From Dehalococcoidia bacterium (GTDB taxonomy: Bacteria > Chloroflexota > Dehalococcoidia > UBA2979), in contig OZ253555.1 of assembly GCA_965262725.1 (NCBI GenBank), positions 2,752,001 through 2,816,000 on the forward strand: a DNA stretch of 64,000 bases, read 5' to 3'. A model generated the notes under the pieces. That model did no database searches. It had not been told where the DNA came from and worked only from the letters and a program-made list of their open reading frames with translations. The position numbers and the translations under genes were made by a program. Positions 1-10,075 of this stretch are shown here, piece after piece (position 1 is the stretch's first letter; every line of letters begins with the position of its first letter).

Positions 1-1
1 G

Positions 2-793
2 TTCCGCGCCTCGGGCCGCCTCGCGCGGCCTGCGGGGGCGAGCAGGCGGGTCGCCCTGCTCACGGGCTGCATCCATGGCGAGCTCTTCCCCGAGACGCAC
101 GAGGCGACCGTGCGCGTGCTCGACCGGCTCGGGGTCGAGGTCGTGGCGCCGCCGGCGCAGCGGTGCTGCGGGGCGCTCCTTGCGCATGCCGGCGATGCCG
201 AGGCGGCCCGCGCGCTCGCACGAGCGAACATTGCCGCCTTCGAGGAGGCCGGCCTGAAGGACGTCGTCGTCAACGCCGCCGGCTGCGGCGCCGCGATGAA
301 GGAGTACGGGCGTCTGCTGCGCCATGACCCCGCGTGGGCGGAGCGCGCCGAGCGCTTCGCCGGCGGCGTGCACGACGTGCTCGAGTTCGTGGCGGCCGAG
401 CCCTTCGCGGAGGCAGGCCTCGGGCGCGTCGAGTGCAGCGTGACGTTGCAGGAGGCGTGTCACCTCGCGCACGCGCAGCGGATCCGCGAGGCGCCGCGTG
501 CCATCCTCCGCGCGATACCCGGGTTGCGACTGGTGGAGATGACGACGCCCGATCGCTGCTGCGGATCCGCGGGGATCTACTCGGCTGTACAGCCGGAGAT
601 GTCCGCTCGCGTGCTCGAGGCGAAGATGGAGGACGTCGCCTCGACCGGCGCCTCCGTCGTCGCCACCGCCAACCCCGGCTGCACGCTCCAGCTGCGTGCG
701 GGGATCCGCCGCCGCGGAATCGACGCCGATGCTCGCCACGTCATCGAGCTCCTCGATGAGGCGTACCACGCCGGACCTTCGCGTCGACCGTAG
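2..793 (+). CDS. glcF: Fe-S oxidoreductase, GlcF-like (glycolate oxidase iron-sulfur subunit), 5'-truncated by the window edge
   Basis: Frame is open from position 2 (…RVALLTGCIHGELFP…); two CCG domains (RCCGALLAHAG, RCCGSAGIY…ANPGC). Confidence 0.8.
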   Translation, partial: FRASGRLARPAGASRRVALLTGCIHGELFPETHEATVRVLDRLGVEVVAPPAQRCCGALLAHAGDAEAARALARANIAAFEEAGLKDVVVNAAGCGAAMKEYGRLLRHDPAWAERAERFAGGVHDVLEFVAAEPFAEAGLGRVECSVTLQEACHLAHAQRIREAPRAILRAIPGLRLVEMTTPDRCCGSAGIYSAVQPEMSARVLEAKMEDVASTGASVVATANPGCTLQLRAGIRRRGIDADARHVIELLDEAYHAGPSRRP

Positions 794-889
794 CGGGCCG
801 TAGCCGCCGGAAGAGGTGGCCGCGCCGCGGCCGCAGGTCGACACGGAGCAGGGACGAGCCGCCTCCGGTTCGCGGGCGCCTCCGCTCTC

Positions 890-1681
890 TCAAGACGAGG
901 GCAGTTCCGCCCGGAAGACGGTGATCGCCTGTCCCCGCAGCTTCACGCGCTCGCCGCCGGCGTACACGCGCACCACACCGCCGCGGGCGGACGCCTGGTA
1001 GGCGGTGAACTCCTCCCTGCCCGTCCGCATCCGCCAGTACGGACCGAGGCAGCAGTGCGCCGACCCGGTCACGGGGTCCTCGTTCACGCCCGTCGCCGGC
1101 GCGAAGAACCGCGAGACGAAGTCGTAGCCCGGCGTCGCGCTCTTCGCCGTGACGATCACGCCCCGCGTGTCGACTGCCCGCATCCGGTGGAGATCCGGAC
1201 GCAACGCGCGCACGGCTTCTTCGGACTCCAGCTCGGCCAGGTAGTCGAAGCGGCCACGCCCGAGATACCGACACTCCACGCCGAGCGCCTCGATCAGATC
1301 CGGCGGCGGCGTCACCGGACGGGGCGGGTCGGCCGGGAAGTCGAGCTCAACCCACCCGTCGCAGAGGCGCGCGGTCAGCAGGCCGGACCGCGTGTGGAAC
1401 TGGATCTCGTCGGCGGGAGCAGACACTCCCTGCTCCCAGAGGACGTGAGCGGCCGCCAGCGTTGCGTGCCCGCACAGGTCGACCTCCACGGTCGGCGTGA
1501 ACCACCGGAGGCCGAACGCCCCGTCCGGGCGATGCTCGAGAAACGCTGTCTCCGACAGGTTCATCTCGCTTGCGAGCGACTGCATCCAGACGGCGCCCCG
1601 GGGCTCGGCGAACAGGCACACCGCTGCGGGGTTACCGCCAAACAACGTGTCCGTGAAGGCATCGACCTGGGTGATGAGCAT
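890..1681 (-). CDS. PhzF family isomerase/epimerase
   Basis: QVDAFT…GNPAAV, EMNLSETAF, EVDLCGHATLA, EDPVTGSAHC motifs. Confidence 0.92.
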   Translation of the reverse strand: MLITQVDAFTDTLFGGNPAAVCLFAEPRGAVWMQSLASEMNLSETAFLEHRPDGAFGLRWFTPTVEVDLCGHATLAAAHVLWEQGVSAPADEIQFHTRSGLLTARLCDGWVELDFPADPPRPVTPPPDLIEALGVECRYLGRGRFDYLAELESEEAVRALRPDLHRMRAVDTRGVIVTAKSATPGYDFVSRFFAPATGVNEDPVTGSAHCCLGPYWRMRTGREEFTAYQASARGGVVRVYAGGERVKLRGQAITVFRAELPSS

Positions 1682-1786
1682 GCCAGCAGCATAAGTGACG
1701 CGATCTCAGTGGTGGACGGCGTTCGACTCCGTCGGCGCCACGTCCGGCGCCGGACCCTTCACAGAATGACCTGCCGGGGCCGCCAT

Positions 1787-2386
1787 CTAGCCCTCCCCGC
1801 CGGCGCCGCGGCGCCCACACGACAGGGTCCCGAGCCACTCCTTCGTGGCCTTCGGCGAGCGTAGCCGGACGAGCCCCAGATGCGAGAACTCCGGCTGCTC
1901 CAGGTCTCGAGGAATCTCCTGGCGGTGTCGTCCATGAGTCCGTAGCGCCCACAGGAACAGCGAGTCCCGGGTGAGGAACTGTCGCCAGAGCTTCTCCCGG
2001 TTGCCATTCCACAGCTCGAGGCGAAAGACTCCGCGGCTCACGGTCCGCCGGAAGAGACGCCACATGACGACGCAGAGGGGGTAGTCCACCCACACCAGGA
2101 GAGTGGCCCTCGGCCACACGGTGCTGCGGGCGATGCGATAGTTCCCGTCGCCCACCCAGGTGTGGCCCTTCAGGGCACATCGCAGCCGTTCCCTGAACAC
2201 CTCGTCCGGCGTCTCAGTCCAGTTCCGGCCGTGGCGGTAGGCGTCGAACTCGACGTGGCGTGCATCAAGCGCCCGAGCGATCTCCCGGGCAAGGGTTGTC
2301 TTTCCGGCGCCGGTGGTGCCCACGACAACGATGCGGTCGGTCTTCCGAGGGGAGCGGCCAGGCTCGGTACGCGCACGGTCGACCAT
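1787..2386 (-). CDS. P-loop adenylate kinase-like / FlaR (topology modulation)-like protein
   Basis: RIVVVGTTGAGKTT Walker A, WVGDGNY, ELWNGNRE; start placed at ATG 2386 (uncertain). Confidence 0.75.
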   Translation of the reverse strand: MVDRARTEPGRSPRKTDRIVVVGTTGAGKTTLAREIARALDARHVEFDAYRHGRNWTETPDEVFRERLRCALKGHTWVGDGNYRIARSTVWPRATLLVWVDYPLCVVMWRLFRRTVSRGVFRLELWNGNREKLWRQFLTRDSLFLWALRTHGRHRQEIPRDLEQPEFSHLGLVRLRSPKATKEWLGTLSCGRRGAGGEG

Positions 2387-2439
2387 CTCGCGAAGCCCGT
2401 GACCTAGGTAGCTGCAGCGCGCACGGCGAGCACGGGCCC

Positions 2440-4131
2440 TTACGGCCCCGCAGCAGGCGCGGCCGCCACGCTCCACAGCGGCGCCAGATGACCCGCGTTG
2501 AACTCGTATCCATCCCACTCGTAGCCGTCGATGCCCGCGGCGAGGTCCACTCTCTCGCGCGGCGCGAAGAGGGGGAACATCGCCGGCACCTGCTGGAGCA
2601 GCAACCGCTGCGCCTCACGCGCCTGCCGCGCCCGCTCCTCGGGCGTGATCTCGCCGAGAACCCGCCTCACCGCCGCGTCGTAGAGCGGGCTGGAGTAGCC
2701 CCAGGGCGAGAAGCGCCCCTCGGCGCCCCCCGACGTGTGCAGCCGCAGCCCGACCTCCGGCGTCGCCAGCTCCCCGAACTCAAAGAGCGTCGCCTCGAAG
2801 TCGCCTGCCTCGAACGAACGGTGCCACGCCGCAGGTTCCCTGAGCGCGAGCTGGGGTTGGAATCCAACGTTCTCGAGCTGCGCGACAAGCAGCTGTGCGA
2901 GCTCTCCCATTCCCTCGATCGCCGGGGCGTCGAGACGGAACGACAGACCCGCGTGCCCCGCCTCCTCGAGCAGGGATCGCGCAGCCGTGGGGTCGTGGAC
3001 GAGCAGTGGATGCCGCGCGAGCGTCTGCTGGGGGAGGGCGTCCGCAGCCCACGCCGGTCCGACCGGCCCGCTCGGTTCGCCGTCCCCGGCCGCCGCGAGA
3101 ACTGCGCGGTCGAGGGCGTGGGAGACGGCGGAGCGCACCCTCACGTCCTGGAACGCCTCCACCCACTTCACCTTGACGCCGCCCTTTTCGGGAAGGAGCG
3201 AGAGCCCTAGGCCCCGAAGCTTCCGCGACGGGCGCGCAAGGCGTCGGGCGCCGGTGATCCCCGGTGCTGCGCCCCGCCCGCCCGCGCCGGGGAGCACGTC
3301 GATCTGGCCGAGAGCGAAGGCGTCAGCGAGCTCTGCCTCGTCCCCGACGCGGAGGAGCGCGACCGACTCAATGCGCGGGAGGGGGGCGCGGTGGTAGAGC
3401 CGGCTCGCGATCAGGAGGTCGCCGCCCGCGTCGCGCGTGACCGGTAGGAACGGACCGCTCCCGAGGGGAGCAGCATGGCTCACATAGCTCGCCTCGTGCC
3501 CTACCCCGGCGCGGGACGCGTCGGCGAGGTACTCGAAGAGCAGGGAGAATGGCGCGCGCAACCTGAGGACCACCTCCTCCAGGGTCGGCGCTTCCACCGA
3601 CCGCACGACCTCCGCGAAGAGGAACTCACCCGCGTCGCGCCGGCGCGTGAAGTCTCTCCGCACATCCTCCGCCGTCAGGGCGGCGGCGAGTCCGTCGGCG
3701 TCCGGATGGAAATGCAGGCCGGGCCGCATCCGGAAGCGAACGGTGAGCGCCTCCCCGTCGACCTCCACCGACCTCGCGAGGTCGCCGTAGACGGTGCCGT
3801 CGCGAGGATCGACGGCGATGAGGCAGGAGTAGACGAGCGGCAGCGCCTGGTCGGGGAGTGCGGCATCTCCCCTCCCCCGGTGGCCGACGACGCCGAGCCG
3901 CAGTCGCCCCGCGCGCGGGGCGGCCGGGGGAAAGGGCCACTCCGCGAGTTCGGCCCTGCCGCCTTTCCCTCCACCGAGCGGGAACACTCTCACGCCGCCG
4001 CCGCAGCTCGTGAGCAGGAGCGCCGCGGCGGCGCCCGCCCCCAGACGCAGCAGCTCGCGGCGGCTCCGGCGGCGCGCGGTCGCGGGTCCACGTCGGGGCC
4101 GCGGTAGCGGGGAGCGGCGGTGTTCGGTCAT
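2440..4131 (-). CDS. ABC transporter substrate-binding protein, family 5 (Tat-exported lipoprotein), stand-alone
   Basis: SRRELL twin-arginine motif, LLTSC lipobox, GSGPF and FQDVRVRSAVSHALDR segments; no permease genes nearby; start ATG 4131. Confidence 0.75.
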   Translation of the reverse strand: MTEHRRSPLPRPRRGPATARRRSRRELLRLGAGAAAALLLTSCGGGVRVFPLGGGKGGRAELAEWPFPPAAPRAGRLRLGVVGHRGRGDAALPDQALPLVYSCLIAVDPRDGTVYGDLARSVEVDGEALTVRFRMRPGLHFHPDADGLAAALTAEDVRRDFTRRRDAGEFLFAEVVRSVEAPTLEEVVLRLRAPFSLLFEYLADASRAGVGHEASYVSHAAPLGSGPFLPVTRDAGGDLLIASRLYHRAPLPRIESVALLRVGDEAELADAFALGQIDVLPGAGGRGAAPGITGARRLARPSRKLRGLGLSLLPEKGGVKVKWVEAFQDVRVRSAVSHALDRAVLAAAGDGEPSGPVGPAWAADALPQQTLARHPLLVHDPTAARSLLEEAGHAGLSFRLDAPAIEGMGELAQLLVAQLENVGFQPQLALREPAAWHRSFEAGDFEATLFEFGELATPEVGLRLHTSGGAEGRFSPWGYSSPLYDAAVRRVLGEITPEERARQAREAQRLLLQQVPAMFPLFAPRERVDLAAGIDGYEWDGYEFNAGHLAPLWSVAAAPAAGP

Positions 4132-4287
4132 CGGGCCGAGCCTCCGGGACGAGGGCGGCGCCCACGCGGCGCTCGACGACGTTATGACATGCCGACGGCG
4201 CGGTGCCCGCGCGACCGATCGTAGCGCCGCCCGCGGCGCGGGCGCCATCGCGCACCCCGCGAGCCGCGACGTGCCTACACTCGGAGC

Positions 4288-4833
4288 GTGCAGACACCTC
4301 CCCTCGCACCTCGCCGCGCGCAGAGCTCCTGGAAGGTGCTCGCCATAGTCGGCACGGCGGCCCTGCTCGCGATCACAGGGATCGCCGCGTGCACGGGGCT
4401 GGTGCTCACGCGCGTACAGGACGACGTGCTGACGCTCACCCTCGACGACGTCAGGCCGGGAAGCGCGCGGCTCGTGCCGCTGATCCGCTTCGGAGCGGAC
4501 ACGGCAGGACGGACGCACGGCCTCTGGGTCGTACGTCGTGGCGACGGCCCGGTCGTCGCCCTGCTCACGATCGATCCGCACTCGGGCTGCCGCGTGGAGT
4601 GGCGCGCAGACGAGCAGTTCGGGGGATTCTCACCGATCCTGCGCGACCCGTGCGCCGGATCGGTCTACGACGCGGCTGGCATCCGCCTCTTCGGCCCTGC
4701 GCCGCGCGGCCTCGACCGCTTCCCCACCACCGTCGACCGCGACGCGGGGAAGATCGCGATCGAGATCACGCGGCCGCAGACCGGGCCGCCATCCTCAGGG
4801 ATCCGGCAAGCCACGGCCCCGGCCGGCGACTGA
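4288..4833 (+). CDS. Membrane-anchored Rieske-fold (QcrA/PetC-like) protein with degenerate cluster ligands
   Basis: N-terminal TM helix; DPHSGC and DPCAGSVYD…GPAPRGL align with Rieske boxes CTHLGC and CPCHGSxYD…GPAPxxL. Confidence 0.7.
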   Translation: MQTPPLAPRRAQSSWKVLAIVGTAALLAITGIAACTGLVLTRVQDDVLTLTLDDVRPGSARLVPLIRFGADTAGRTHGLWVVRRGDGPVVALLTIDPHSGCRVEWRADEQFGGFSPILRDPCAGSVYDAAGIRLFGPAPRGLDRFPTTVDRDAGKIAIEITRPQTGPPSSGIRQATAPAGD

Positions 4834-4953
4834 GGGCGCCCGCTTCAGGAGCTCCCGCGACTCGGCCGACTGACACGAAGCGGTCTCCCGGCGGGCGGTG
4901 GGGAGGGGGGACCGCGTCTCTCCCTGGGCGTCTCTACGGCTCTTGAGGCGTGA

Positions 4954-5313
4954 TCACCAGACGCCGAGCATCATCTTGACCTCCTCGGAGGCCATGATGC
5001 GCGGATCCCACGGAGGGTCCCAGACGATGTTCACCTCGACGTCCTCGACACCGGGGAGCTGGCTGACCAGGTGATAGATCTGCCCCTGCAGCATCGGCCC
5101 CACGGGGCACCCCGGCGACGTGAGAGTCATCGTGACCGTCGTGACCCCGTCATCGTCGATATCGATGCCGTAGACGAGACCCAGCTCCACTATGCTCATG
5201 CGGAGTTCGGGATCCTCGACGGTGCGCACCACCTCCATCAGGTCATCGGCAGTGGGACGGGCACCGAGATCCCCGCCCGCGTCGGGCGCCGTCTCCGTGC
5301 TCTGCTCAGTCAT
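4954..5313 (-). CDS. sufT: SufT / DUF59 metal-sulfur cluster assembly factor
   Basis: VEDPELRMSIVELGLVY, MTLTSPGCP, VWDPPW; last gene of the suf operon; start overlaps the sufU end. Confidence 0.88.
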   Translation of the reverse strand: MTEQSTETAPDAGGDLGARPTADDLMEVVRTVEDPELRMSIVELGLVYGIDIDDDGVTTVTMTLTSPGCPVGPMLQGQIYHLVSQLPGVEDVEVNIVWDPPWDPRIMASEEVKMMLGVW

Positions 5314-5800
5314 CGGCGGAACTCCTCTCATCCGTTGTGACGCGGCTGGCCGCGCGCGGCTCGCTCCGGCTGGCGACCAGAAGCGCCTGCTCGAGCGTCT
5401 TCCACCCGAGCGACGCGCACTTTACGCGCACCGGGAATTTCGCGACGCCGGCGAGCGCCTCTAGGTCGCCGAAGTCCCCGGACACCTCCCCCGAGGTCAT
5501 CATCTCCTGGAAGGCGTCCACGCCGGCCTTCGCCCGCTCGGCGGAGCCGCCCTCCACGTACTCCATCATCAGCGAGGCCGACGCCTGCGAGATCGAGCAC
5601 CCCGTCCCCTCGAAGGCCACCTCGACCACACGGCCCCGATCGTCGAGCCGGACGTCGACGGTGAGCTGATCGCCGCAGAGCGGGTTCGCGCCGTCGGCGG
5701 AGACGACTCCCCCTCCCGTCAGCCGGCCGCGCCGGCGCGGGTTGCGGTAGTGGTCGAGCAGGATCGCACGATAGAGATCGTCGACGTCAAGAGCCGGCAT
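5306..5800 (-). CDS. sufU: SUF system NifU-family protein SufU
   Basis: LYRAILLDHYRNPR, NPLCGD, GCSISQASAS, RVKCASL. Confidence 0.93.
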   Translation of the reverse strand: MPALDVDDLYRAILLDHYRNPRRRGRLTGGGVVSADGANPLCGDQLTVDVRLDDRGRVVEVAFEGTGCSISQASASLMMEYVEGGSAERAKAGVDAFQEMMTSGEVSGDFGDLEALAGVAKFPVRVKCASLGWKTLEQALLVASRSEPRAASRVTTDERSSADD

Positions 5801-7115
5801 CGCCGAAGAACCTCGCCGTCTCCCGGAGCGCCTCCGCGAGCGCGTCCAGCTCCGAGCGCGTGCTGTAGAGGTAGACCGAGGCACGGGTCGTCGCCGGCAC
5901 GCCGAGGCTCTGCATCACCGGCTGCGCGCAGTGGTGACCGGCCCGCACGGCGACGCCGTGGCTGCTGAGCAGCTGTCCTACGTCGTGCGGGTGCACGCCC
6001 TCCAGCGAGAACGAGAAGACCCCGCCGCGTTCGTCGGCATCGCGTGGGCCGTAGAGGGTCACTCCCGGCACGTCACCGAGCACCGCGAGCCCGTGGTCGA
6101 TCAGGTCGAGCTCGTGCCGCCTCACGGCGTCGAGACCGAGCGCTCCCAGATAGTCGATCGCCGTCCCGAACGCCACGACGTCCGCGAAGTTTGGCGTCCC
6201 CGCCTCGAAGCGGTGGGGGATGTCGTTCCAGGTCGAGCGCTCGAGCGAGACGGTGAGGATCATGTCGCCGCCGCCCATGAAGGGCTGCATCGACTGCAGC
6301 ACCTCCATTCGCCCCCAGAGCACACCGACTCCCGTCGGGCCGAGCATCTTGTGCGCCGAGAAGGCGAGGAAGTCGGCCCCGAGCTCGTTCACGTCGACGG
6401 GCATGTGCGGAACGCTCTGGGCGCCGTCGACGAGCACGAGCGCGCCCGCCTCATGAGCGAGGTCGGCGAGCTCCCGTACCGGGACGACCGTACCGAGGGC
6501 GTTCGAGACGTGCGTGATGGCGAGGAGCCGCGTGCGGGGCCCGATCGACGCGCGCGCTGCGTCGAGGTCGAGCGTGCCGTCGCCTCGCATCGGGATTACG
6601 CGCAGCGCGACGCCGCGCTCGTCGCGCAGCATCTGCCACGGGACGATGTTCGAGTGGTGCTCGATCTCCGAGATCACCACCTCGTCGCCGGGACCGAGGT
6701 GGGCGCGCCCCCACCCGTGCGCGACGAGATTGATCGCCTCCGTCGTCCCGCGCGTGAAGATGACCTCGCGCTCCGAGGCGCCACCAACGAGCGCGCGCAC
6801 CTTCTCCCGCACGCCCTCGTAGAGCTCGGTCGCCTCCACGGAGAGCGTGTGGACCCCTCGGTGCACGTTGGCGTTGTGATCGCGATAGAAGCGCGTCAGC
6901 GCCGCCATGACCTGCACGGGGCGTTGGGAGGTCGCCGCGGAGTCGAGGTAGACGAGGGGCCTGCCACCCACCCGCCGGCGCAGGATCGGGAAGTCGCGCC
7001 GGATCGCTTCGAGGTCGAAGGGGCGACGCGAGACGGCGTCCGATGTGATCCGATCGCTCGAGATCGTCACGCCTTGCGCGCTCTCACGACCCGCAGTCAA
7101 CGTAGACATCTCCAC
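5787..7115 (-). CDS. sufS: Cysteine desulfurase SufS
   Basis: YLDSAATSQ, SAHKMLGPTG (PLP lysine), RAGHHCAQP (group II catalytic Cys). Confidence 0.95.
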   Translation of the reverse strand: MEMSTLTAGRESAQGVTISSDRITSDAVSRRPFDLEAIRRDFPILRRRVGGRPLVYLDSAATSQRPVQVMAALTRFYRDHNANVHRGVHTLSVEATELYEGVREKVRALVGGASEREVIFTRGTTEAINLVAHGWGRAHLGPGDEVVISEIEHHSNIVPWQMLRDERGVALRVIPMRGDGTLDLDAARASIGPRTRLLAITHVSNALGTVVPVRELADLAHEAGALVLVDGAQSVPHMPVDVNELGADFLAFSAHKMLGPTGVGVLWGRMEVLQSMQPFMGGGDMILTVSLERSTWNDIPHRFEAGTPNFADVVAFGTAIDYLGALGLDAVRRHELDLIDHGLAVLGDVPGVTLYGPRDADERGGVFSFSLEGVHPHDVGQLLSSHGVAVRAGHHCAQPVMQSLGVPATTRASVYLYSTRSELDALAEALRETARFFGDAGS

Positions 7116-7395
7116 TCTCGACCGTAACGGCGTACGCGCGCACGCCGCGCACGGCCGGAAGCGTCAGCGCGCGTCCGCTCCGCGCGTCGAAGGCTGCGCC
7201 GTGCCGCGGGCAGATCACGCGCGCGCCGACGAGCCGTCCGTCGCCGAGCGGCCCGCCGTCGTGCGTGCAGAGGTTGTCGATGGCGTGGAGCTCGCCCTCG
7301 ACGTTGGCGAGCGCGATCGAGCGCTCGCCGCAGGCGACCGTGCGCACATGGCCCTCCGGCACGTCGGCTAGCGCACAGACGCGCACCCCGGTCAC
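7084..7395 (-). CDS. Rieske-type [2Fe-2S] ferredoxin
   Basis: Intact CTH…CPRH ligands; embedded in the suf operon with overlapping ends. Confidence 0.9.
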   Translation of the reverse strand: MTGVRVCALADVPEGHVRTVACGERSIALANVEGELHAIDNLCTHDGGPLGDGRLVGARVICPRHGAAFDARSGRALTLPAVRGVRAYAVTVESGDVYVDCGS

Positions 7396-8657
7396 GAGAG
7401 ATCCGCAGCCGCGAGCTTCGCGTGCACCACCGAGGCGAGCTCCTCGCCGAGCCCCTCGAGCGGGATGCGCCGCGCGACCGACTCGAAGAAGCCGGCGACC
7501 AGGAGCTGTAGCGCCGTGCGCTCGTCGAGGCCGCGGCTCTGCAGGTAGAAGAGCGCCTCGCCGTCGACGGGGCCGACGGTCGCCCCATGTCCGCAGCGGA
7601 TCACCTCGGAGGTGAGGATCTCCAGCACCGGCTCGGAATCGGCCTTGGCGTGCCGGGAGAGCAGGAGATTTCGGTTCTGCTGCTCGGCGGCGGCACCGGC
7701 CGCGGTCTCCTCGACGCGGGTGACGCCGTAGTAGACGGAGCGCGAGCCGCCGGCGAGCGCCGCCTTGATTTCCACGTTGGAGGTGGTGCGCGGTCCCACG
7801 TGGTCCTGCAGCGTCATGAAGTCGAAGTGCTGCTCGCCGTCGCCCAGCGCCACGCCCCGGAAGTCGGAATGCGCGCCCTCACCGTCCAGCAGCGACTCGA
7901 GCGTCTGCTTGACGATGCGCCCGCCGATCGCGACGGTCGCCACCTCGACGGTGGCGCCGCGGCCGAGGCGCGAGCGAAGCGTCGTGAACTCGCTGGTCTG
8001 CGCGCCCCAGCCGCCGTCCAGCAGCAGACGCACCACGGCGTGATCGGCGCACGCGATCTCCGCGACCGCCGGGACAAGGAGCGGCCCGCCGCCCGAACGC
8101 AGGCGCAGGACGATCGTCGCCTCCGTCCTCTCCTCCGCGACTACAAGGATGCGCGGCAGCAGCGCGGTGGGGCCGCCGGCAGTCCCTCCCGGGGCGGAGA
8201 GCTCGACCACGATCGGGCGCTCCACGGCCGAGCCGCGCGGCAGGTGCACGAGTACGCCGGCGTTCCACCTCGCCGCATTGGCGGCGAGGAAGCGCCCCTC
8301 CGTGCTCGCCACGAGGCTGCCGAGGTGAGAGCGGACGACCTCGGCGCGGGAGTCAAGTGCCCCCGCGATCGAGCCCGCGTAGGCTCCCGGCGGGAGCTCG
8401 GCCTGGATGCGCAGCGCCGGCGGATCCGGGGCGTAGTCCTCGATCGCAAGCGAGCCGACGTCGGTGTAGCGCCACGGGCGCAGCGCCGGCGTGGGCATGG
8501 CGGTCGCGGCGAATGCGCGTGCGCCCTCGACGCGGCGGTCGATGAGCCACGGGGGCTCGGAGCCGCGACGCGCAGTGTCCACCACCTCCCCTTCGTCGTA
8601 CGGATTCGCGGCGACCGCGGCCGCGGCGCCCGCCGTTGGGGACTCCCTCTCCGCCAT
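7392..8657 (-). CDS. sufD: Fe-S cluster assembly protein SufD
   Basis: WRYTD, NRNLLLS…ADSEPVLEI, CGHGATVG…LFYLQSRG; start ATG 8657 overlaps the sufB stop (TGATG). Confidence 0.92.
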   Translation of the reverse strand: MAERESPTAGAAAAVAANPYDEGEVVDTARRGSEPPWLIDRRVEGARAFAATAMPTPALRPWRYTDVGSLAIEDYAPDPPALRIQAELPPGAYAGSIAGALDSRAEVVRSHLGSLVASTEGRFLAANAARWNAGVLVHLPRGSAVERPIVVELSAPGGTAGGPTALLPRILVVAEERTEATIVLRLRSGGGPLLVPAVAEIACADHAVVRLLLDGGWGAQTSEFTTLRSRLGRGATVEVATVAIGGRIVKQTLESLLDGEGAHSDFRGVALGDGEQHFDFMTLQDHVGPRTTSNVEIKAALAGGSRSVYYGVTRVEETAAGAAAEQQNRNLLLSRHAKADSEPVLEILTSEVIRCGHGATVGPVDGEALFYLQSRGLDERTALQLLVAGFFESVARRIPLEGLGEELASVVHAKLAAADLS

Positions 8658-10075
8658 CAGCCGACCGACCCCTCCATCTGGAGCTCGATCAGGCGGTTGA
8701 GCTCGATGGCGTACTCCATCGGGAGCTCCTTGACGATCGGCTCGACGAAGCCGTTGACGACCATCTTGGCCGCCTCCTCCTCCGTGATGCCGCGCGACAT
8801 CAGGTAGAAGAGCTGGTCCTCGCCCAGCTTGGAGACAGAGGCCTCGTGCCCGATGTTCACGCGCTCCGCGTCCACCTCCATGGTGGGGTAGGTGTCGGAC
8901 CGCGAGAGCTCGTCGAGCAGCAGCGCGTCGCAGCGCACCGTCGAACTCGAGTCCTCGGCACCCTCGTGCACCTTCAGCAGGCCGCGGTAGGAGGTGCGGC
9001 CCGCGCCGCGCGAGACCGACTTCGAGACGACTGCCGACGTCGTCCGCGGCGCGACGTGCACGACCTTGCCACCGGCGTCCTGGTGCTGCCCGTCGCCAGC
9101 GAAGGCGAGCGAGAGGATCTCGCCGTGGGCGCCCGGCTCCATCAGGTAGACAGAGGGGTACTTCATCGTCAGCTTCGAACCGAGGTTGCCGTCCACCCAC
9201 TCCATCACCGCGTTCTCGTAGGCGGCAGCCCGCTTCGTGACGAGGTTATAGACGTTGTTCGACCAGTTCTGGATGGTCGTGTAGCGGACGCGCGCGTCCT
9301 TCTTGACGATGATCTCCACCACGGCAGAGTGCAGCGAGTCCGTGCTGTAAGTCGGCGCGGTACAGCCCTCAACGTAGTGCACGTAGGAGCCCTCGTCCGC
9401 GATGATCAGCGTTCGCTCGAACTGCCCCATGCTCTCCGTGTTGATGCGGAAGTATGCCTGCAGCGGGATGTCGATATGCACGCCCGGCGGGACGTAGATG
9501 AACGAGCCTCCCGACCACACCGCCGAGTTGAGGGCCGCGTAGCGGTTGTCGCCGGAGGGGATGAGGGTGCCGAAGTGCTCGCGCACGAGCTCCTCGTGCT
9601 CGGCGAGGCCCTGATCCATCCCGAGGAAGAGAACGCCCTTCTTCGCCAGGTCCTCACGGATGTTGTGGTAGACGACCTCGGAGTCGTACTGCGCACCGGC
9701 GCCTGCGAGGAACTGCTTCTCGGCCTCGGGGATACCGAGCTTGTCGAAGGTGTCCTTGATGTACTCGGGCACGTCGTCCCAGTTCGTGGAGTCACGGTCG
9801 GTCGCGCGCACGTAGTAGTGGATCTTGTCGAAGTCGATCGCCGCCAGGAGTTCGGCGCTCCCGGCCCACGTCGGGTCGTCCTTCTCGCAGAACGTGCGGT
9901 AGGCGTCGACGCGATACTCGGTCATCCACGCCGGCTCGTTCTTGTGCGCGGAGATCTCGCGCACGAGCTCCTCGGAGAGGCCGGGCTCAGCGATGAAGAG
10001 CGGCTTCTCGTCGTCGTGGAAGCCCCACTTGTACTCGCCGACGACGTCACGGACGCGCGGATTCACGGTGGTCAC
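8657..10075 (-). CDS. sufB: Fe-S cluster assembly protein SufB
   Basis: [43 protein letters not shown]. Confidence 0.97.
   Translation of the reverse strand: MTTVNPRVRDVVGEYKWGFHDDEKPLFIAEPGLSEELVREISAHKNEPAWMTEYRVDAYRTFCEKDDPTWAGSAELLAAIDFDKIHYYVRATDRDSTNWDDVPEYIKDTFDKLGIPEAEKQFLAGAGAQYDSEVVYHNIREDLAKKGVLFLGMDQGLAEHEELVREHFGTLIPSGDNRYAALNSAVWSGGSFIYVPPGVHIDIPLQAYFRINTESMGQFERTLIIADEGSYVHYVEGCTAPTYSTDSLHSAVVEIIVKKDARVRYTTIQNWSNNVYNLVTKRAAAYENAVMEWVDGNLGSKLTMKYPSVYLMEPGAHGEILSLAFAGDGQHQDAGGKVVHVAPRTTSAVVSKSVSRGAGRTSYRGLLKVHEGAEDSSSTVRCDALLLDELSRSDTYPTMEVDAERVNIGHEASVSKLGEDQLFYLMSRGITEEEAAKMVVNGFVEPIVKELPMEYAIELNRLIELQMEGSVG

Noticed and set aside
1700-1745. Complete tRNA (including tRNA-Sec) around GTTCGACTCC
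   Set aside because: No D-arm, anticodon arm or full acceptor stem; kept only as a low-interest hairpin finding.
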